The position numbers and the translations under genes were made by a program. Source: Eledone cirrhosa (Eukaryota). Taken from it: 64,000 bases of DNA. The number at the start of each line of letters is the position of its first letter. Position 1 is the stretch's first letter. This document shows positions 1 to 15,165 of the stretch, in pieces. The stretch is taken from the NCBI GenBank assembly GCA_964016885.1, contig OZ024759.1, positions 31,186,001 to 31,250,000 on the forward strand, given 5' to 3'. The notes below the pieces were generated by a model. The model did no database searches. It was not told where the DNA came from and worked only from the letters and a program-made list of their open reading frames with translations.

Positions 1-534
1 GAAGTTAGTTGCCCTGGAAAATTACCATATAGGAAAACAACTCTGAATGGATTCGTTGTAAATCTAAAGAAGACATTTCTGAAGTTAGTTGCCCTGGAAA
101 ATTACCATATAGGAAAACAACTCTGAAATAAATTATTCGTACATAATTACCAAGTGCATGGAAATCATTTTCTAATGGTTTTCTCTCTTCACAGCATTAA
201 TATTTTTAAATATAGATTTGTTGCTCTGCATTAATAGTCGATTTACATGTGGATGATGTCGCTAAGCAATTACATAGATATTCTGTCTAAGTAGGTAATC
301 ATTTATTTTTAAAATGCAATGAGATGTATATTAAGCAAAACGAACCAAATTAACCACATTTCCCGCTATAATCACATCTCATTAATTCTGATAATAAGGC
401 TGTAACATATTTATGTATTTTTGAAATATGAATATATTACCAAAGTTGCTTTCCGCAGTGATGTATTACAATAAACATTGATAATATGATGTCATTGTTG
501 GCTGAAGAAAACAATGGCGCTTCATATATTCAAT

Positions 535-1045
535 TCAACCTAGGGCCTTCTTACTCCTGTTGGAGGGACCCTCCCTGGTTGAACTCCATCCAACCCAGGG
601 CCTTCTCATTCCCATTGGAGGAAATCCTCCCTTGTTGACCGCCATCCAACCCAGGGCCTTCTCAATCCAGTTGGAGGAACCCCTCCCTGTTTGACCTCCA
701 CCCAATCCAACCCAGGGCCTTCTCATTGCTGTTGGAGGAACCCCTCCCTGTTTGACCTCCACCCAATCCAATCTAGAGCCTACTCAATCCAGTTGGAGGA
801 ACCCCTCCCTCTTTGACCTCCACCCAATCCAATCTAGAGCCTACTTACTCCAGTTAGAGGAACCCTTCCCTGTTTGAACTCCATTCAATCCAATCTGGGA
901 CCTTCTCATTCCTGTTGGAGGAACCCTTCCCTAGTTAATCTCCACCCAATCCAATCCAAGGCCTACTCACTCCCATTGGGGGAACCCCTCGCTGGTTGAG
1001 CATTACTCCAGGGCTTTTTCACTCTTGTTAGAAGAACCCCTCCTT
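535..1045. repeat. Minisatellite, ~58-62 bp unit, ~8 copies
   Basis: Recurrent unit resembling CAACCCAGGGCCTTCTCATTCCTGTTGGAGGAACCCCTCCCTGTTTGACCTCCACCCAATC. Confidence 0.9.
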
Positions 1046-1046
1046 A

Positions 1047-1090
<44 letters not shown>

Positions 1091-1093
<3 letters not shown>

Positions 1094-1300
1094 TAGTTCC
1101 ACAACAGTTAGTTCACCATACCGAGAACAAATGTTTCACCTTATTCAGATCCTCAGCTCGGTCTAAAGCGAGCTGAGGATCTGAATAGGGTGAAACATTT
1201 GTTCTCGGTATGGTGAACTAACTGTTGTGGAACTACTTCTACCAAACTCGTCCCATGGACTCTACTACTACTACAGATATAACCCACTAGTGTTCTACTA
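1091..1300 (+). mobile_element. Hammerhead-bearing hairpin insert in (TA)n (Penelope-like pLTR-type)
   Basis: 70-bp inverted arms 1091-1160/1169-1238 (1 mismatch), unique tail 1239-1300, (TA)n on both sides; each arm contains CTGAGGA...GAAA. Confidence 0.75.
1120..1162 (-). ncRNA. Type-I hammerhead ribozyme motif (mirror copy on + at 1169-1207)
   Basis: Minus strand ACCGAG-CTGAGGA-TCTGAATAAGGT-GAAA-CATTTG-TT-CTCGGT: 6-bp stem I and intact core, but weak stem II. Confidence 0.65.
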
Positions 1301-1427
1301 TTATATATATATATATATAATTATTTAACATATATTCAATGTTTTAAAGGTTTTAAGAATTGCCACAATTATATTACATGTAAGAGAGTATGCCACAAAT
1401 GTCATTATATTTTATTATAATATATTA

Positions 1428-1593
1428 TTAGGGTCGGACGCCATGCTTTCCAGCATAGTTACGTCCCTTTACGATCTGAGTTCAAATCTCGCCGAGGTTG
1501 ACTTTGCCTTTCATCCTTACGGGGTCGATAAAATAAAGTACCAGTAATGCACTGGGTAATTGCTGGCCTTGTGCCTAAAGTAGAAACAATTAT
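1428..1593 (+). mobile_element. tRNA-head SINE (family A, Nin/Deu-like core)
   Basis: B-box GAGTTCAAATC, core TTTGCCTTTCATCCTTACGGGGTCGATAAAATAAAGTACCAG, ATT tail. More than 20 copies, e.g. 2465-2642, 6195-6537, 6580-6768(-), 20838-21017(-), 34697-35152(-), 37725-37828, 46620-46835, 47535-47705, 55508-55650(-), 59708-59905(-). Confidence 0.9.
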
Positions 1594-1809
1594 AATATAT
1601 TATTGAAAGCAGTTTATAAATTTTAAATTTGAATCTAATTTCAAAGTGAATAGACTGGAATGTTTTTTCTCTGAGAGTTCCTTTACTTTGATTAAGAGAA
1701 TTTTAAGTCTCGAAATAAAAATTACCAGGTAACCAACTTTTCTGTTGCCTTCATCTTTCCATCCATTTTGCATTGTTTTAACCTTCTTATATATTATATC
1801 ACTTTCCAC

Positions 1810-2155
1810 ACTATATATTATACATTATATTATATTATATTATATTATATATTATATATTATATTTTATATTATATTATATTATACTATATTATATTACA
1901 TATTATATTATATTATATTATATTATATATTATATATTATATTATATTATATTATATATTATATTTTATATTACATTATATTATACTATATTATATTACA
2001 TATTATATTATATTATATTATATATTATATATTATATTATATTATATTATATATTATCTATTATATTTTATATTATATTATATTATACTATATTATATTA
2101 CATATTATATTATATTATATTATATATTATATTATATTATATTATATTATATTAT
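1810..2155. repeat. (TATTA)n microsatellite
   Basis: Pentamer array read directly. Confidence 0.95.
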
Positions 2156-2440
2156 ACTCTTACTCTTTTACCTCTTCCAGCCATCCGGCTAAGGCCATGC
2201 TGGGGCACCACTCTCAATGCTACACATTCTATCTCCAGCCTCTGTTGGCTGGCCATTGGTATAAGAAGAAGTTCATTGCTGCTGCTGCTGCCCTTAGGTT
2301 ACCTTTGTACCATGCTGTAGGCTCATCTGGGATCCTGGATAGCAGGGTGTCAAGATGTTTCTTGAAAACATCCACATCCACACCATACTCTCAAATCTCT
2401 TGGCAGCTTGTTGAAGAGTTGAGGGCCTTTGAAACCCAGA
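2156..2440 (-). mobile_element. CR1/L2-group LINE 3' end
   Basis: Minus strand translates GFKGPQLFNKLPRDLR / GVDVDVFKKHLDTLLSRIPDEPT (frameshifted), typical ORF2 C-terminus, then a short UTR and AAGAGT tail. Confidence 0.75.
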
Positions 2441-2639
2441 CTATTACATTATATTATATTATAGTGGATTGACAGTATCGGTAGTGTCGGACATGCTTTC
2501 CAACATAGTTATTTCCCTTTACGATCTGAGTTCAAATCCCGCCGAGGTTAACTTTGCCTTTCATCCTTACGGGGTCGATAAAATAAAGTACCAGTAATGT
2601 ACTGGGTAATTTCTGGCCTTGTGCCAAAAGTAGAAACAA

Positions 2640-3203
2640 TTATATTATATATATTATATTATACATTATATTATATTATATTATATTATATTATATTATA
2701 TTATATATATTATATTATATTATATTATACATTATATTATATTATATTATATTATACATTATATTATATTATATTATATTATATTATATATATTATATTA
2801 TATTATATTATATTATACATTATATTATATTATATTATACATTATATTATATTATACATTATATTATATTATACATTATATTATATTATATTATATTATA
2901 TTATATTATATTATATTATATTATATTATATATATTATATTATATTATATTATATTATATTATATATATTATATTATATTATATTATATATATTACATTA
3001 TATTATATTATATTATATTATATATATTATATTATACATTATATTATATTATATTATATATATTATATTATATTATACATTATATTATATTATATTATAT
3101 TATATTATATTATATATATTATATTATATTATACATTATATTATATTATATTATATATATTATATTATATATATTATTTATATTATATTATATTATATTA
3201 TAT
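2640..3203. repeat. (TATTA)n microsatellite grown from a SINE tail
   Basis: Array begins directly at the ATT tail of SINE 2465-2642. Confidence 0.95.
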
Positions 3204-3702
3204 AAGTTTGAAATACATATAAAATATGGTAAAGTAGAATCATATGATCATCTTATGTTTCAGAAAATCAAAACTTTCTATGAACTTGATTAAAAATGCA
3301 TTTATCATTATATTAGTTTCTTGAATAGAAGTAATAGAAGATAATCTGACGTTTATTGCAACACATGTGTCATTAAGAATACATTTAGCAATAAATATAA
3401 TGGTAAGTTCGAGAAGTACTTCATAAGAATATGATCTGTAGATTCTGTGTTAACAGAGAACCATAGAAGCTCAGTGCATGTGTATTATCTAGTTTAAAGT
3501 TATACAACCACTTAGATAGTACATAGAATATTTGGTTGTAAATACACAAGTGCAACACTTAGCTATATAGAATTTTAGATATCTCATCATGAGAAGCTGT
3601 AATCACATTTCTTAGGTACATATACATTTATGGTGTTTCAATTTAGTTTCTACCCATATATGAAGTAGAATGGTATTATTGACGCTATAGTTTAGTATTT
3701 AA

Positions 3703-4069
3703 CCCTTTAGCAATCTCATTGCTCTATATATACTATTATATTTTCATTACGTCCCTTTACGAACTGAGTTCAAATCCCGCCGAGGTTCACTTTGCCTTTC
3801 ATCCTTATGGGGTCGATAAAATAAAGTACCAGTAATAAACTGGCTGGAATAATTGCTGGCCTTGTGCCAAAAGTAGAAGCAATTATATTTTCATGGTAAA
3901 AGCTTTACCACACATAATTATCTCACATAATATCGAATCTATCAGATTTTGAAAGTATTTATTTTGAGAACAATACCTTAATATAAGTTTAAGTGACCAC
4001 TTATGGCCACTTTCAATATAAAGAGGTAAAGAATTCTGGCCGGTTTTGGCAGGTTTGAACATTAAAGGG
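3703..4069 (+). mobile_element. piggyBac-type MITE interrupted by a SINE (3748-3881)
   Basis: TTAA-CCCTTTAG...TAAAGGG-TTAA ends; nested SINE flanked by 13-bp TSD ATTATATTTTCAT (3735-3747, 3882-3894). Confidence 0.9.
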
Positions 4070-4095
4070 TTAAATAAGAAGAAAAGGCTGTTATT

Positions 4096-4099
<4 letters not shown>

Positions 4100-4177
<78 letters not shown>

Positions 4178-4446
4178 ACACACATATATATATATGTATA
4201 TATATACACACACACAATCACACACACATATATATATGTATGTATATATATATACACACACACACACATATATATATGTATATATATATACACACACACA
4301 CATATACATATATGTATATATATATATACACACACACATATTTATATATGTATATATATATACACGCACACACATATATATACATGTATATATATATATA
4401 TACACACACATATATATATATATGTATATATATATAGACACACGTG

Positions 4447-4478
<32 letters not shown>

Positions 4479-4585
4479 CACACACACACACATATATATA
4501 TATATACACACACACATTTATATATGTATATATATATACACGCACACACATATATATATATATATGTATATATATATACATATAC

Positions 4586-4616
<31 letters not shown>

Positions 4617-4623
4617 GACACAC

Positions 4624-4695
<72 letters not shown>

Positions 4696-4702
4696 TATAT
4701 AT
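4100..4702. repeat. Compound (TA)n/(CA)n microsatellite
   Basis: Read directly; similar large arrays at 12770-13370, 13895-14640, 27800-28265, 50870-51520. Confidence 0.95.
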
Positions 4703-5129
4703 ATTTTCCTACTACCCACTCTACTCCCCTAAGTATCGAGTACTCTGGTGTTTATGGTTCACCTGGTATCTTACCACTTTGTTATATATATATATTACAT
4801 ATATATCATCATCATCATCATTCATCATTTCATTTTACCTAACACCAACCTCATTTACAGTGAGTGCTGGGTGCTTTTTTGCCGTGGCACCACTGCCACG
4901 ACCACTTTGCAGTGGAATGATATGGACCCCAGTCCCTATCATCTCATTTCTACAGCTGAGTAAACTGGAGCAATGTTAAATAAAATGTCTTGCTCAAGGA
5001 AACAACACATAACCCGGTCCACAACCTTTCGATCGCAAGGCTAATGCTCTAAACACTATATATATACATATATATATATACATAGTGACGAAACATAATT
5101 CAATTGCATGAACTCATAATCCTTTATTT

Positions 5130-5185
5130 ACTGCTATATATATTTCGATGATAGCCATTGAATGGCTATGACCTCATCAGGCAGT
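5130..5185 (-). ncRNA. Complete minimal type-I hammerhead ribozyme motif
   Basis: Minus: ACTGC-CTGATGA-GGTCATAGCCAT-TCA-ATGGCTATCATC-GAAA-TATATA-TA-GCAGT then AATAAA; lies in a TA-flanked insert ~5083-5250. Confidence 0.85.
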
Positions 5186-5699
5186 TAGTCAGTTCTTAGA
5201 TATGCCAGCTCTGTGTTTATAGTGTTGATGGTATCAGAGCTTTGGGACATATATATGTACATATATATATTAGCGAGAGAGCGGGAAGAGATCAGAAATT
5301 GTGGCATAATACTCCGTATTGCACTTAATTCAGCACTAAAATATAAAATGTTACATTTTGTTAAGTGTAGTTTTATCGTCTTCTTTAGAGTTTACTGTCA
5401 CAATTCACTTAGATGTCTTTTAATGAAACTTTTACGAGAGACAAGGACACAGAGAACTGTGATATCTATGTGAGAGCTGTTGGTTAAACTGAGATTCCAA
5501 CATCGCTGACTTTCATAGATGAATTAACACTTTGGTTACCATATTTCTTATGAAAGGCGCATTGTCGTCATCTTCTTCTTCGCCTTCTTCAAGTTCTTCT
5601 TCTTCAACTTGCTTTCTTTCTTTTCCTTCTTCTTTTCCTTCTTCTTTTCCTTCTTCTTTTCCTTCTCCCTCTTCTTCAACTTCTCCCTTTTTCAACTTA

Positions 5700-5975
5700 T
5701 TCATCACCCACTTATTTCTGGGAGGGTCGTGTATGTGTATGTGTGTGTGGTGGTGGTGGGGTGACAGGATCCTAAAACATGCTTTCCATAGTGTCCTTCC
5801 AGAAGCAACAATTCCCAGTAGATCCAGCTGGATCCCTAAGTGAGACCAGCCGATCTCATAGATGTTATCCAACCATATTGCTCGGGGTCTAAACCTAGGT
5901 CTCCTGCCGGTTGCTTTTGTTCGTAAAATCTGGCCAGCGATTTTTTTTTTTCCTGGGACATTCTGACAACATATC
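5700..5975 (-). mobile_element. RTE-clade LINE 3' fragment (family B) with (GAA)n-rich tail at 5570-5695
   Basis: IAGQILRTKATGRRPRFRPRAIW; homologous to 15950-16330, 40070-40910 and 48650-49215. Confidence 0.8.
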
Positions 5976-8900
5976 CATATTATAGGAGCTGAGAAAATTT
6001 CAATGATACGAAAGATTTCCTGGTGGAAGTTCAGATGTACTTCAGGTTGGTATCCAGTTTCGAGGTGAAAATCCAATTAGAAAATCCAACGAATTTTGAG
6101 AGGTGGATACTGCAAATGAGAATAACCAAGCTTATGTATATTATCAAACCATCTTGCTTGTGATCTACATGAGTTACCTGAGTTGACGTTTGGAGGTTGA
6201 TAGATTGGCAGAATCAGTAGAGCGTTGGACAACATGCTTAGTAGCATAGAGTTATGGCCTTTTATGTTCTGAGTTCAAAACTCGCTGAGGTTAGCTTTGC
6301 CTTTCATCCTTACGGGGTCAATAAAATAAAACAACAGTAATGTACTGGGGTCAATTTAATCGACTGTCCCTTTCCCCAAAAAGTGTTGGTCTAGTGCCTA
6401 ATTCGGAAACCATTATTAATTTCAAATCCCGCTGAGGTTAACTTTGCCTTTCATCCTTACGGGGTTGATAAAATAAAGTACCAGTAATGCACTGAGGTAA
6501 TTGCTGGCCTTGTGCTAGTAGTAGAAACAATTATTATGTTGGCATTTGAAACAAATCATAACGTATCAATGGATGTAATAAATAATTGTTTCTATGTTTG
6601 GCACAAAGCCAGCAATTATCCCAGTGTATTACTGGTACTTTATTTTATCAACCATGTAAGGATGAAAGGCAAAGTTAACCTCAGCGGGATTTGAACTCAG
6701 AGCGTAAAGGGCTGTAGTAACTCTATATTGCAAAGCATGGCGTCCGACCCTCTACCGATACTGCCAATATAATATATGTCACATATGATATTACTACTGT
6801 TGATGTAAACTGTAGTTTAGGAACAAACTCTTGAAAGCCAGCTAACAACATGGTTTACAAAGCTCGTTTATTATAGTTTCCTTTCACTGATTATGACAGA
6901 ATAACTAAAGTAAAGATGGATGTCACCACCTGCTTATTTCATTCCTCGCTAAATGCATCCCTATGAAAGAGAGTAATTTTTATCAAATGGTATCCATATT
7001 ACATATCATAGCATTGCCAATTGTGCCTTAATGAAACTTGACATTTAGGAGGGAATATAGACACAGAAGATAAAACATAATGGAGTCGTTAATGAAAATC
7101 TATCTTTATAGATATGAATAACACAGTTTTATATCATTGCAAAGTTACATTGCTTTTAAGGGATAATTTTTCAGGAAACAATATTAGTTTTGATATGTTT
7201 CTAAACTTCCTTCATGAGAAGATGTCTGAAATATTTCTTTGTTAGATTGATATAAAATATTTATAAATATTTACTACAAATCCTGCTCTGAGTTGCTAAC
7301 AATGGACCAAAAATATGCTCCTATATTTTAATAGATGATGTGATGAGGCAAATCCATTATTCAGCTTGGGTTGATATAAAATATTTATAAATATTTACTA
7401 CAAAACATGTTGTAAATTGCTAAAAATGGACCAAAAATATGCCCCTACAATTTAATAGACAATGTGGTGAGACAAATTTGTTATTCGGCTTAAACATCCT
7501 TTGATGAATATTTAGATAAATTACTAATCGACTTTCGAATCCCTACGTAAAACATTGAAGCAAAATATGTGCTATTTCAATGCCTCAAACTAAAATATCT
7601 GGAGACTGTTGAACAATGTGTAAAATTCATGTGATGCTGCCCATGCAGCATGAAATAAAGGTAATTAAATGTCAAGTCGGAATTCAGAAACAAATCATTG
7701 ACTGTACTTTTATCATTCATTATAGAAGACTAAATAAGTTATCCTACTAAGCTTAATCATTATGAACAAATATATTTCAAATCCTTAGGCTGTAGTATTT
7801 CTCAGACAATCTAGATAATTAAAATTCACATATAATAGGTGTGGCTTGTAATCATAACACTCCAATTAATGTGATAATTAGTATCTCTCTGTCTTCCTTT
7901 TTTGTTACATATCAAGGTTTCTCTCTCTCTCTCTCTCTTTGCTCCCCTCTCTTTCTTGGCCTATCTCCCACTATCTTTCGCCCCTCCATCTCTCTCTCTC
8001 GTCACTCTCCGCTCTTCCTTGGCCTCTCTCCCACTATCTTTCACACTCTCTTTCTCTTCACTCTCTTGCTTGGCCTCTCTATCTCTCTCTCTCTCTCTCA
8101 CTCTCTTTCTCTCCCTCACAGATTTTTTTAACAATATTTTGATATAATCCCCCCAAACCTCATTTCTGCAACATTTACAGGTTCTTGATTCGTTCATAAC
8201 ATTGTCGTCAATCATGAAATATATAATAGGTTAATTAATTTTATATATGCTTCTTAAAGTTGGAAAATAGCCAAAATGTCTCAGACAGTAGTCTGTCATT
8301 GGAATATAGAAGGAGAAAAAGGAGAGGATATATTTGGAAGAGAGAAGAGACTAAAACTAAATACACAAGAGCAAAAAACAAAAAGGAAACGGAGAATATA
8401 GTAGATATGTGGAAAACCACATTGTTGGTCATCTTGTGTGTAAGCGTGTGTGTCTACATTTGTGTATCTGTACGATTTTGTGTTTGTGTCGGTGTATGTG
8501 TGAATATTTCTGCATCTGTGTTTCTGTCTGAGTTTGTGTGTGTGTGTCTGTGTGTCTGTCTGTATGAGTTTGTGTGTGTGTGTGTATTAGTTTGTGTGTT
8601 TGCCTGAAGTTATGTGTTTGTGTGTGTGTGTGAGTTTATGTGTTAGTTTGTTTGTGTGTATGTATGCGTGTGTATTTGTGTATCTGTGTGTCTGTATGTG
8701 TTTCTGTGTCTGTATGAGTTTGAGTCTGTGTCTGTGTGTACCTATATGTGCATATGCATTTGTGATATATGTATTAGATGCATGTGCCTGCTTATTGTGA
8801 CTGTTGTTTAATGTGATAGTTTATAGTATTTGTTGATCTATGGTGTTGCTGCTTAGAAAAGAGACAATGGATCTGGAAAAGAGAACCTATGGCGAGTTAT

Positions 8901-9345
8901 TTTGGAGCCACATGTCTCAACAATGTACGTATTTTCTTTATATTTCTTTTGCTTCATAGTGAAAATATATTCCTTTGCCCTATACATTTGGGGAATATTA
9001 CCTATCATGTGAGAAATCAATAATACCAAGTTTGATAGTGTGAGATAAAAACCGTATTCATAAAAGGAAGACAGGAGTCTGTAATTATGTCTACATAAAG
9101 ATATATTTTTTTGGTTATATAATAATATATTCCTCTTTGGTGGAAACAGAAAATAAGCAAAATAGTTGCAGATTTTGTAAAATAAATTGTAAGTCACAGC
9201 TTGATAAGTGAATGAGTTAGTCTTTCATACTGGTTCTTTTCTTTAGATCATGTGATTTAAAAGGGCTTCTACTTATCAAAGATTTCAATAAATACATTAA
9301 TATCCTAAATAAGAAAATGGTATATAACAGATACATCAATTACAT

Positions 9346-9376
<31 letters not shown>

Positions 9377-9755
9377 GTTCAAGGAAACAATAAACAGAGG
9401 TACAAAAAGTCTTATTAGGTTTATGCTTTATATTGGAAAGTGGAAAAAAAGTTCAATGGGAGGAATGAGGTGAATGGATGTTTTTCAATGGGATATATAT
9501 ATAAATATATATATATATGATAATAGGAAGGGCATCCAGCCGTAGAAACCCTGCCAGATACAGTCCTATACAAGCGAGACACGCTCACCCGATCAATCTT
9601 GCCTCAAGTGGGACAACTACCGTCCAACCCATGCTAGCATGGAAGATAGACATTAAATGATGATGATGATATATATATGGGTACTTGTCTAGTAACCCTG
9701 TGATAAACAGGGGAAACTCCAGGGTAACAAGGCTCACTATTTAGCCTTAATAAAA

Positions 9756-9793
<38 letters not shown>

Positions 9794-9835
9794 TATTGAA
9801 GTTTCCGTTGAAAATTGAAAAAGTCAGAGGAATGA

Positions 9836-9929
<94 letters not shown>

Positions 9930-10301
9930 AATATATATAATGGTGAGCTCATGCATGTATAGAGATGCTGTAAAATAGTTTATAAGATAGGGAGAAGACC
10001 AGTAAAAATGGAATCGAACCCGATATCTCCTAGATATGTGTGTGTTACATATTGCCCCGGGGCTGGGTTATTTTTTCAATGGGATGTTTATATGTGGAGG
10101 ATGGCATTTAAGGAAGATGAGAACAGTAATAGAGAGGTTATGAGGAACAGGTGGAAGTAAAGAGAAAGAGAAAGAGAAAACAAAAGACAAAGAAGGAGTT
10201 GAGGTTAATCTCACAAAATATGGTAAGACGTAATTCCTGGTACCCGCATACACCTCAATAGTTGTTACTTTTGGGGCACAATATGACTGGCTATTGCTTA
10301 G

Positions 10302-10522
10302 CCCTTTACCATTTACATTACTCTATATATACTATTGTATTTTTGTGGTAAAGGCTTTATCTTACATAATACCTCACATAATATTAAATTTATGAGGTTT
10401 TTATGTTATCTTTTTTTGAAAAAAATACCTTAATGTCTGTATGAGTGGCCAGTTACGGCTGGTTTGAACAGAAAGAGGTGAGAGAATTCTGGTCGGATAC
10501 GGCCGGTTTAAATGCTAAAGGG
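10302..10522 (+). mobile_element. piggyBac-type MITE (~220 bp)
   Basis: Same TIRs and TTAA end; sits in one copy of a local ~190-bp tandem duplication whose other copy (10690-10880) is the empty site. Confidence 0.9.
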
Positions 10523-12771
10523 TTAACCTATATGATGTGTGATTTGTACATGTCATGAAATGACTATGTTGCTCTGGTATTAAAATGATTTAAAAGGTTT
10601 CTTCTGGGGGTTTTACAATGTGGGTTGTCATTAGGAAGTCTATAATTTAATCATGTTACGTTCCTTTCTTATATTTTTATGCAACCTTCCACAATATGGC
10701 TGACTATTGTTTAGCCTATATGATATGTAATTCCTGCACATTATGTAATGACCCTGTTGCTTTGGTATTAAAATGAATTAAAAGGTTTCTTCTGTAGGAT
10801 ATACAATGTGGGTGATCATGGAGAAGTCTATAATTTAACCAATGTTACGTTTCTTTTATGAATTTTTGCGCAATCTTCCGAATCTATTTTGAAGATTGCT
10901 ATATCATTTGGCTAAAATGAGGCAGAGAGATTTCCTCTGCTTATTAACTATAGGAGAGCAGGTAGATAATATGGTGAAGATGTTGAAAGCGTTCATCTTC
11001 TCCTACAAAAGTTTATCCAACATTCCTCAACTATAACCAGTAGCTAAAGATCAAAAGGTTATGTTGGTAAATAATTGCTTCACTATGTAAAGCCTGCATT
11101 TAACACAACGGATAATTTTCTCTGTTCGCGGGATTTCTGATAACTGATCGAAATACGTGGTGTTGTTTTATTTGTTTGTTTTTGTTCTTTGTTTATATTT
11201 ATTTATTTTTGTAGTTGCCCATAAAACTCCAATTTCTGCGAACTCTTATCTGTATAGCTTCCAATGGGACCAAATTATGTCACTGAAATATTTCCTACTG
11301 ATATTTAATCACAACATATTATTAGCAAACATTAGCTAACATTACTTAACTATTGTCAGACATAGAAAAAATTCCTGTTGAAATTTGTCAGTTTTAATGT
11401 AATAACATTTCCCATTAGTATGGATGTTATCTACATCGTAATTGAAAATATTTGTACAAAAGCAAATATATATAGCTTGATTTCATACTCCACTGCAAAA
11501 TTTCACCATTGCACGGTACCTGTCAACTTATTTTGCTTTACCTAATCTTCTCCCAATTTCTATTGATTTTGTTATTGCAAAGAACTAAATGAATTTTTTT
11601 ATGACAGAGTCTTTTCTATCTATTAACATCTAACTACTGGTAGGTAAGAGAAATCTAGGGGTATATTGTTCTGTGTTTTGTTTAGCTTTTGTCAATTACT
11701 AGAATTTTTTTTTCAACTCACTGACGCATATGTGTATATGTGTGTATGTGTGTGTGTATGTAGATTGTACACAAGAAGTGTAGGGAATGTTAGATGCTGT
11801 TTTCTCTAGTTTGTCATGACCTCTTCCTTCCTCAGTCATCTCATGTGCGTGATGTCATCACTCCTTCCTTCCCCAGTCATTTCTAATGTATGACGAAAGG
11901 ACGGGCGGACCGAAGTTGCTCAAATTTATATATAGAATGAATTGGTCAAATATAATTGACTTTCTCCTCCTTATAGAGAGTTCTTGACACTAAATATGGC
12001 TGTTATTTATTTCATGTCAAACCAAAATATATTAACTTTGCAACATTGGCATTTATTTCTGTTCTTTACATTCTGAATCCAAATCCTGCCAAGGACAACT
12101 TTACATTTTATGATTCAGGGGTCGATAAATTAAGAAACCAGTCAAATACTTGGTTTGATATAGTTGACTCTCCACTCCCCATATATTGCAGGACTTGTAG
12201 CTAGATGAGATGAGAAAGTATTCTAGATAGTAACTAGTATGAAACGTCATCCTCTGTTATGCGGCATTGAGAAACAGTGGGTAAAACCGAAACATTTTCT
12301 GATTTCTTGTGAGGTGGGTTGAGTAATTATTTGATAGGAATGCTTATTTTGAAGTGGTGGAACCAGCTTAGTTAAACAAAAGTAAGAAAAAAAGATGGAG
12401 CTCTGTTACTTTCAATTGCAAATGGAAGCCAGATCCATCATATGGTTTACAGCACATACAAATATTACAATCACTTCAAAACTTCCCAATAGACTTGGAA
12501 ACAGCTGCATTGATGATGACAACGTGTGTATATATATATATATATATCATTTATTTTTTATCATTTATTTTGTTTTGACCTGTTTAGCTTGATTTGGTTT
12601 TTTGGCTTGGGTGCCTTCTTGACCACTTTTACAGTTTTGTGTGGCTTCTTAACACATTGTTTAGCTCTGGTTTTTAACTATTGAGCACTTTGCCATTGTC
12701 ATTTCTGATTTTTGCGTTTCGTTTCGCCTTTCCTGCCCGCCAAGATGCGATTCTCGCTGAATCTTTATTTG

Positions 12772-12812
<41 letters not shown>

Positions 12813-12824
12813 GTGTTGAGGGTG

Positions 12825-12970
<146 letters not shown>

Positions 12971-13001
12971 ATATATATATATATGTATATATATAAATAT
13001 G

Positions 13002-13114
<113 letters not shown>

Positions 13115-13173
13115 ATATATATATATGTATGTATGTATATATATATATATATGTACATAAACATACATATATG

Positions 13174-13225
<52 letters not shown>

Positions 13226-13232
13226 TAAACAT

Positions 13233-13350
<118 letters not shown>

Positions 13351-13915
13351 ATCTACACATATATATATAGTTAATATAACTAGGTGTTTGCTTGCTGAGG
13401 CATATCTTATGCTATTCTCATTCTCATTCATTGCTATAGACATTCAGCAGTCCAATACCGAAATAGCGGCTGAAAAAATAACACTATTGACTCCCCTCGC
13501 AAAGTATTATCGTATTATCGTTTATATAATGATATATCCGCCTCAGCTGTTATACATATATTTATCATATATGACAACAAATTCGATATTTCTCAATGCA
13601 AAAATATTCTCAGTAATATCCTGAATGATAGAGAAAGATTTCCAGAGTAATATATACAGAGTTTGTCAACGGAATAATTAGATGCCTGTGGATTAATATC
13701 AATAAGTGCAAAAATCTATATTGATTATATTTGTGTTTCCTTATCGTTAATTTTTACCTTCTTTCTGTTTATTATTAATATTGTTTCTGTTGTTGTCGTC
13801 GTTGTTGTTGTCGTTGTTGTTGTCCTTGTCCCCTATACATCTGGCTGTATTGTTACTGTCCTTGATCATTGGTCCTTTGTTGATTTTATTATATGATATA
13901 TATATATATATACAG

Positions 13916-13957
<42 letters not shown>

Positions 13958-13986
13958 ATATAATCATTCATTTTTGATGAATGATG

Positions 13987-14025
<39 letters not shown>

Positions 14026-14246
14026 GTCTGTGTATATATATGTATATATATATATATGTATGTATATGTAAATATATATATATATATGTATGTATATGTA
14101 AATATATATATATATGTATATATATGTGTATATATATATATATAAATATATATATATGTATATATATGTGTATATATATATATATAAATATATATATATA
14201 TGTATATATATGTATATATAAATATATATATATATGTATATATATG

Positions 14247-14297
<51 letters not shown>

Positions 14298-14502
14298 ATA
14301 TAAATATATATATATATGTATATATATATATGTATATATATGAGTATATATATAAATATGTATATATATATATGTATATATATATATATGTATATATATG
14401 TATATATATATATATATGTATATATATATGTGCATATATATGTGTGTATATATATGTATATATATATATATATGTATATATATATGTGTATATATGTATG
14501 TG

Positions 14503-14538
<36 letters not shown>

Positions 14539-15165
14539 TATATATACATGTATGTGTGTCTATATATATTTATATATATAGATATATATATATGTGTGTG
14601 TGTGTTTATATATTTATATATGTGTGTGTGTATATATATTTAGCTAATTAATTATTTCTTCATGTGACATTTTGCCTTTAAATATTAAGAGAAAGAGGGA
14701 GAAAAAAATCGAGCAACGTGTACAAAATTAGCTAGAACTTTGTCGCTTATAGAAATATTTATTTATAATGAGCAGAGTATCTAGATAATAGATTTTTCAG
14801 CTATATAATCAATCATATATTCCTAGTTGCTATCAGCTATTGAAAATACAGGAAAGCACCACTCCAACACATTTATAAATGGAGATGCTGGAAACCAAAG
14901 ACAGCTTCTATTTGTGGTATCCCTTTGACAGAACTAATATTCAAAATGCATTCTAGCATTCATGTTTCATACCTCAAATCACAGTTACTCATTTTAATGA
15001 ACGTTATACCCTCACTCGGGTATATTAGAATGTGTCATCATCATCGATTAATGTCTATCTTCCAGTTTGCATGGGTTATACAGATTTGTCCCATTTAGAG
15101 GCAAGTTGGATCGGGTGACCGTGTCTTGCTGATATTGGAGAGTTTCTGGCTGGTTTTATATATGA

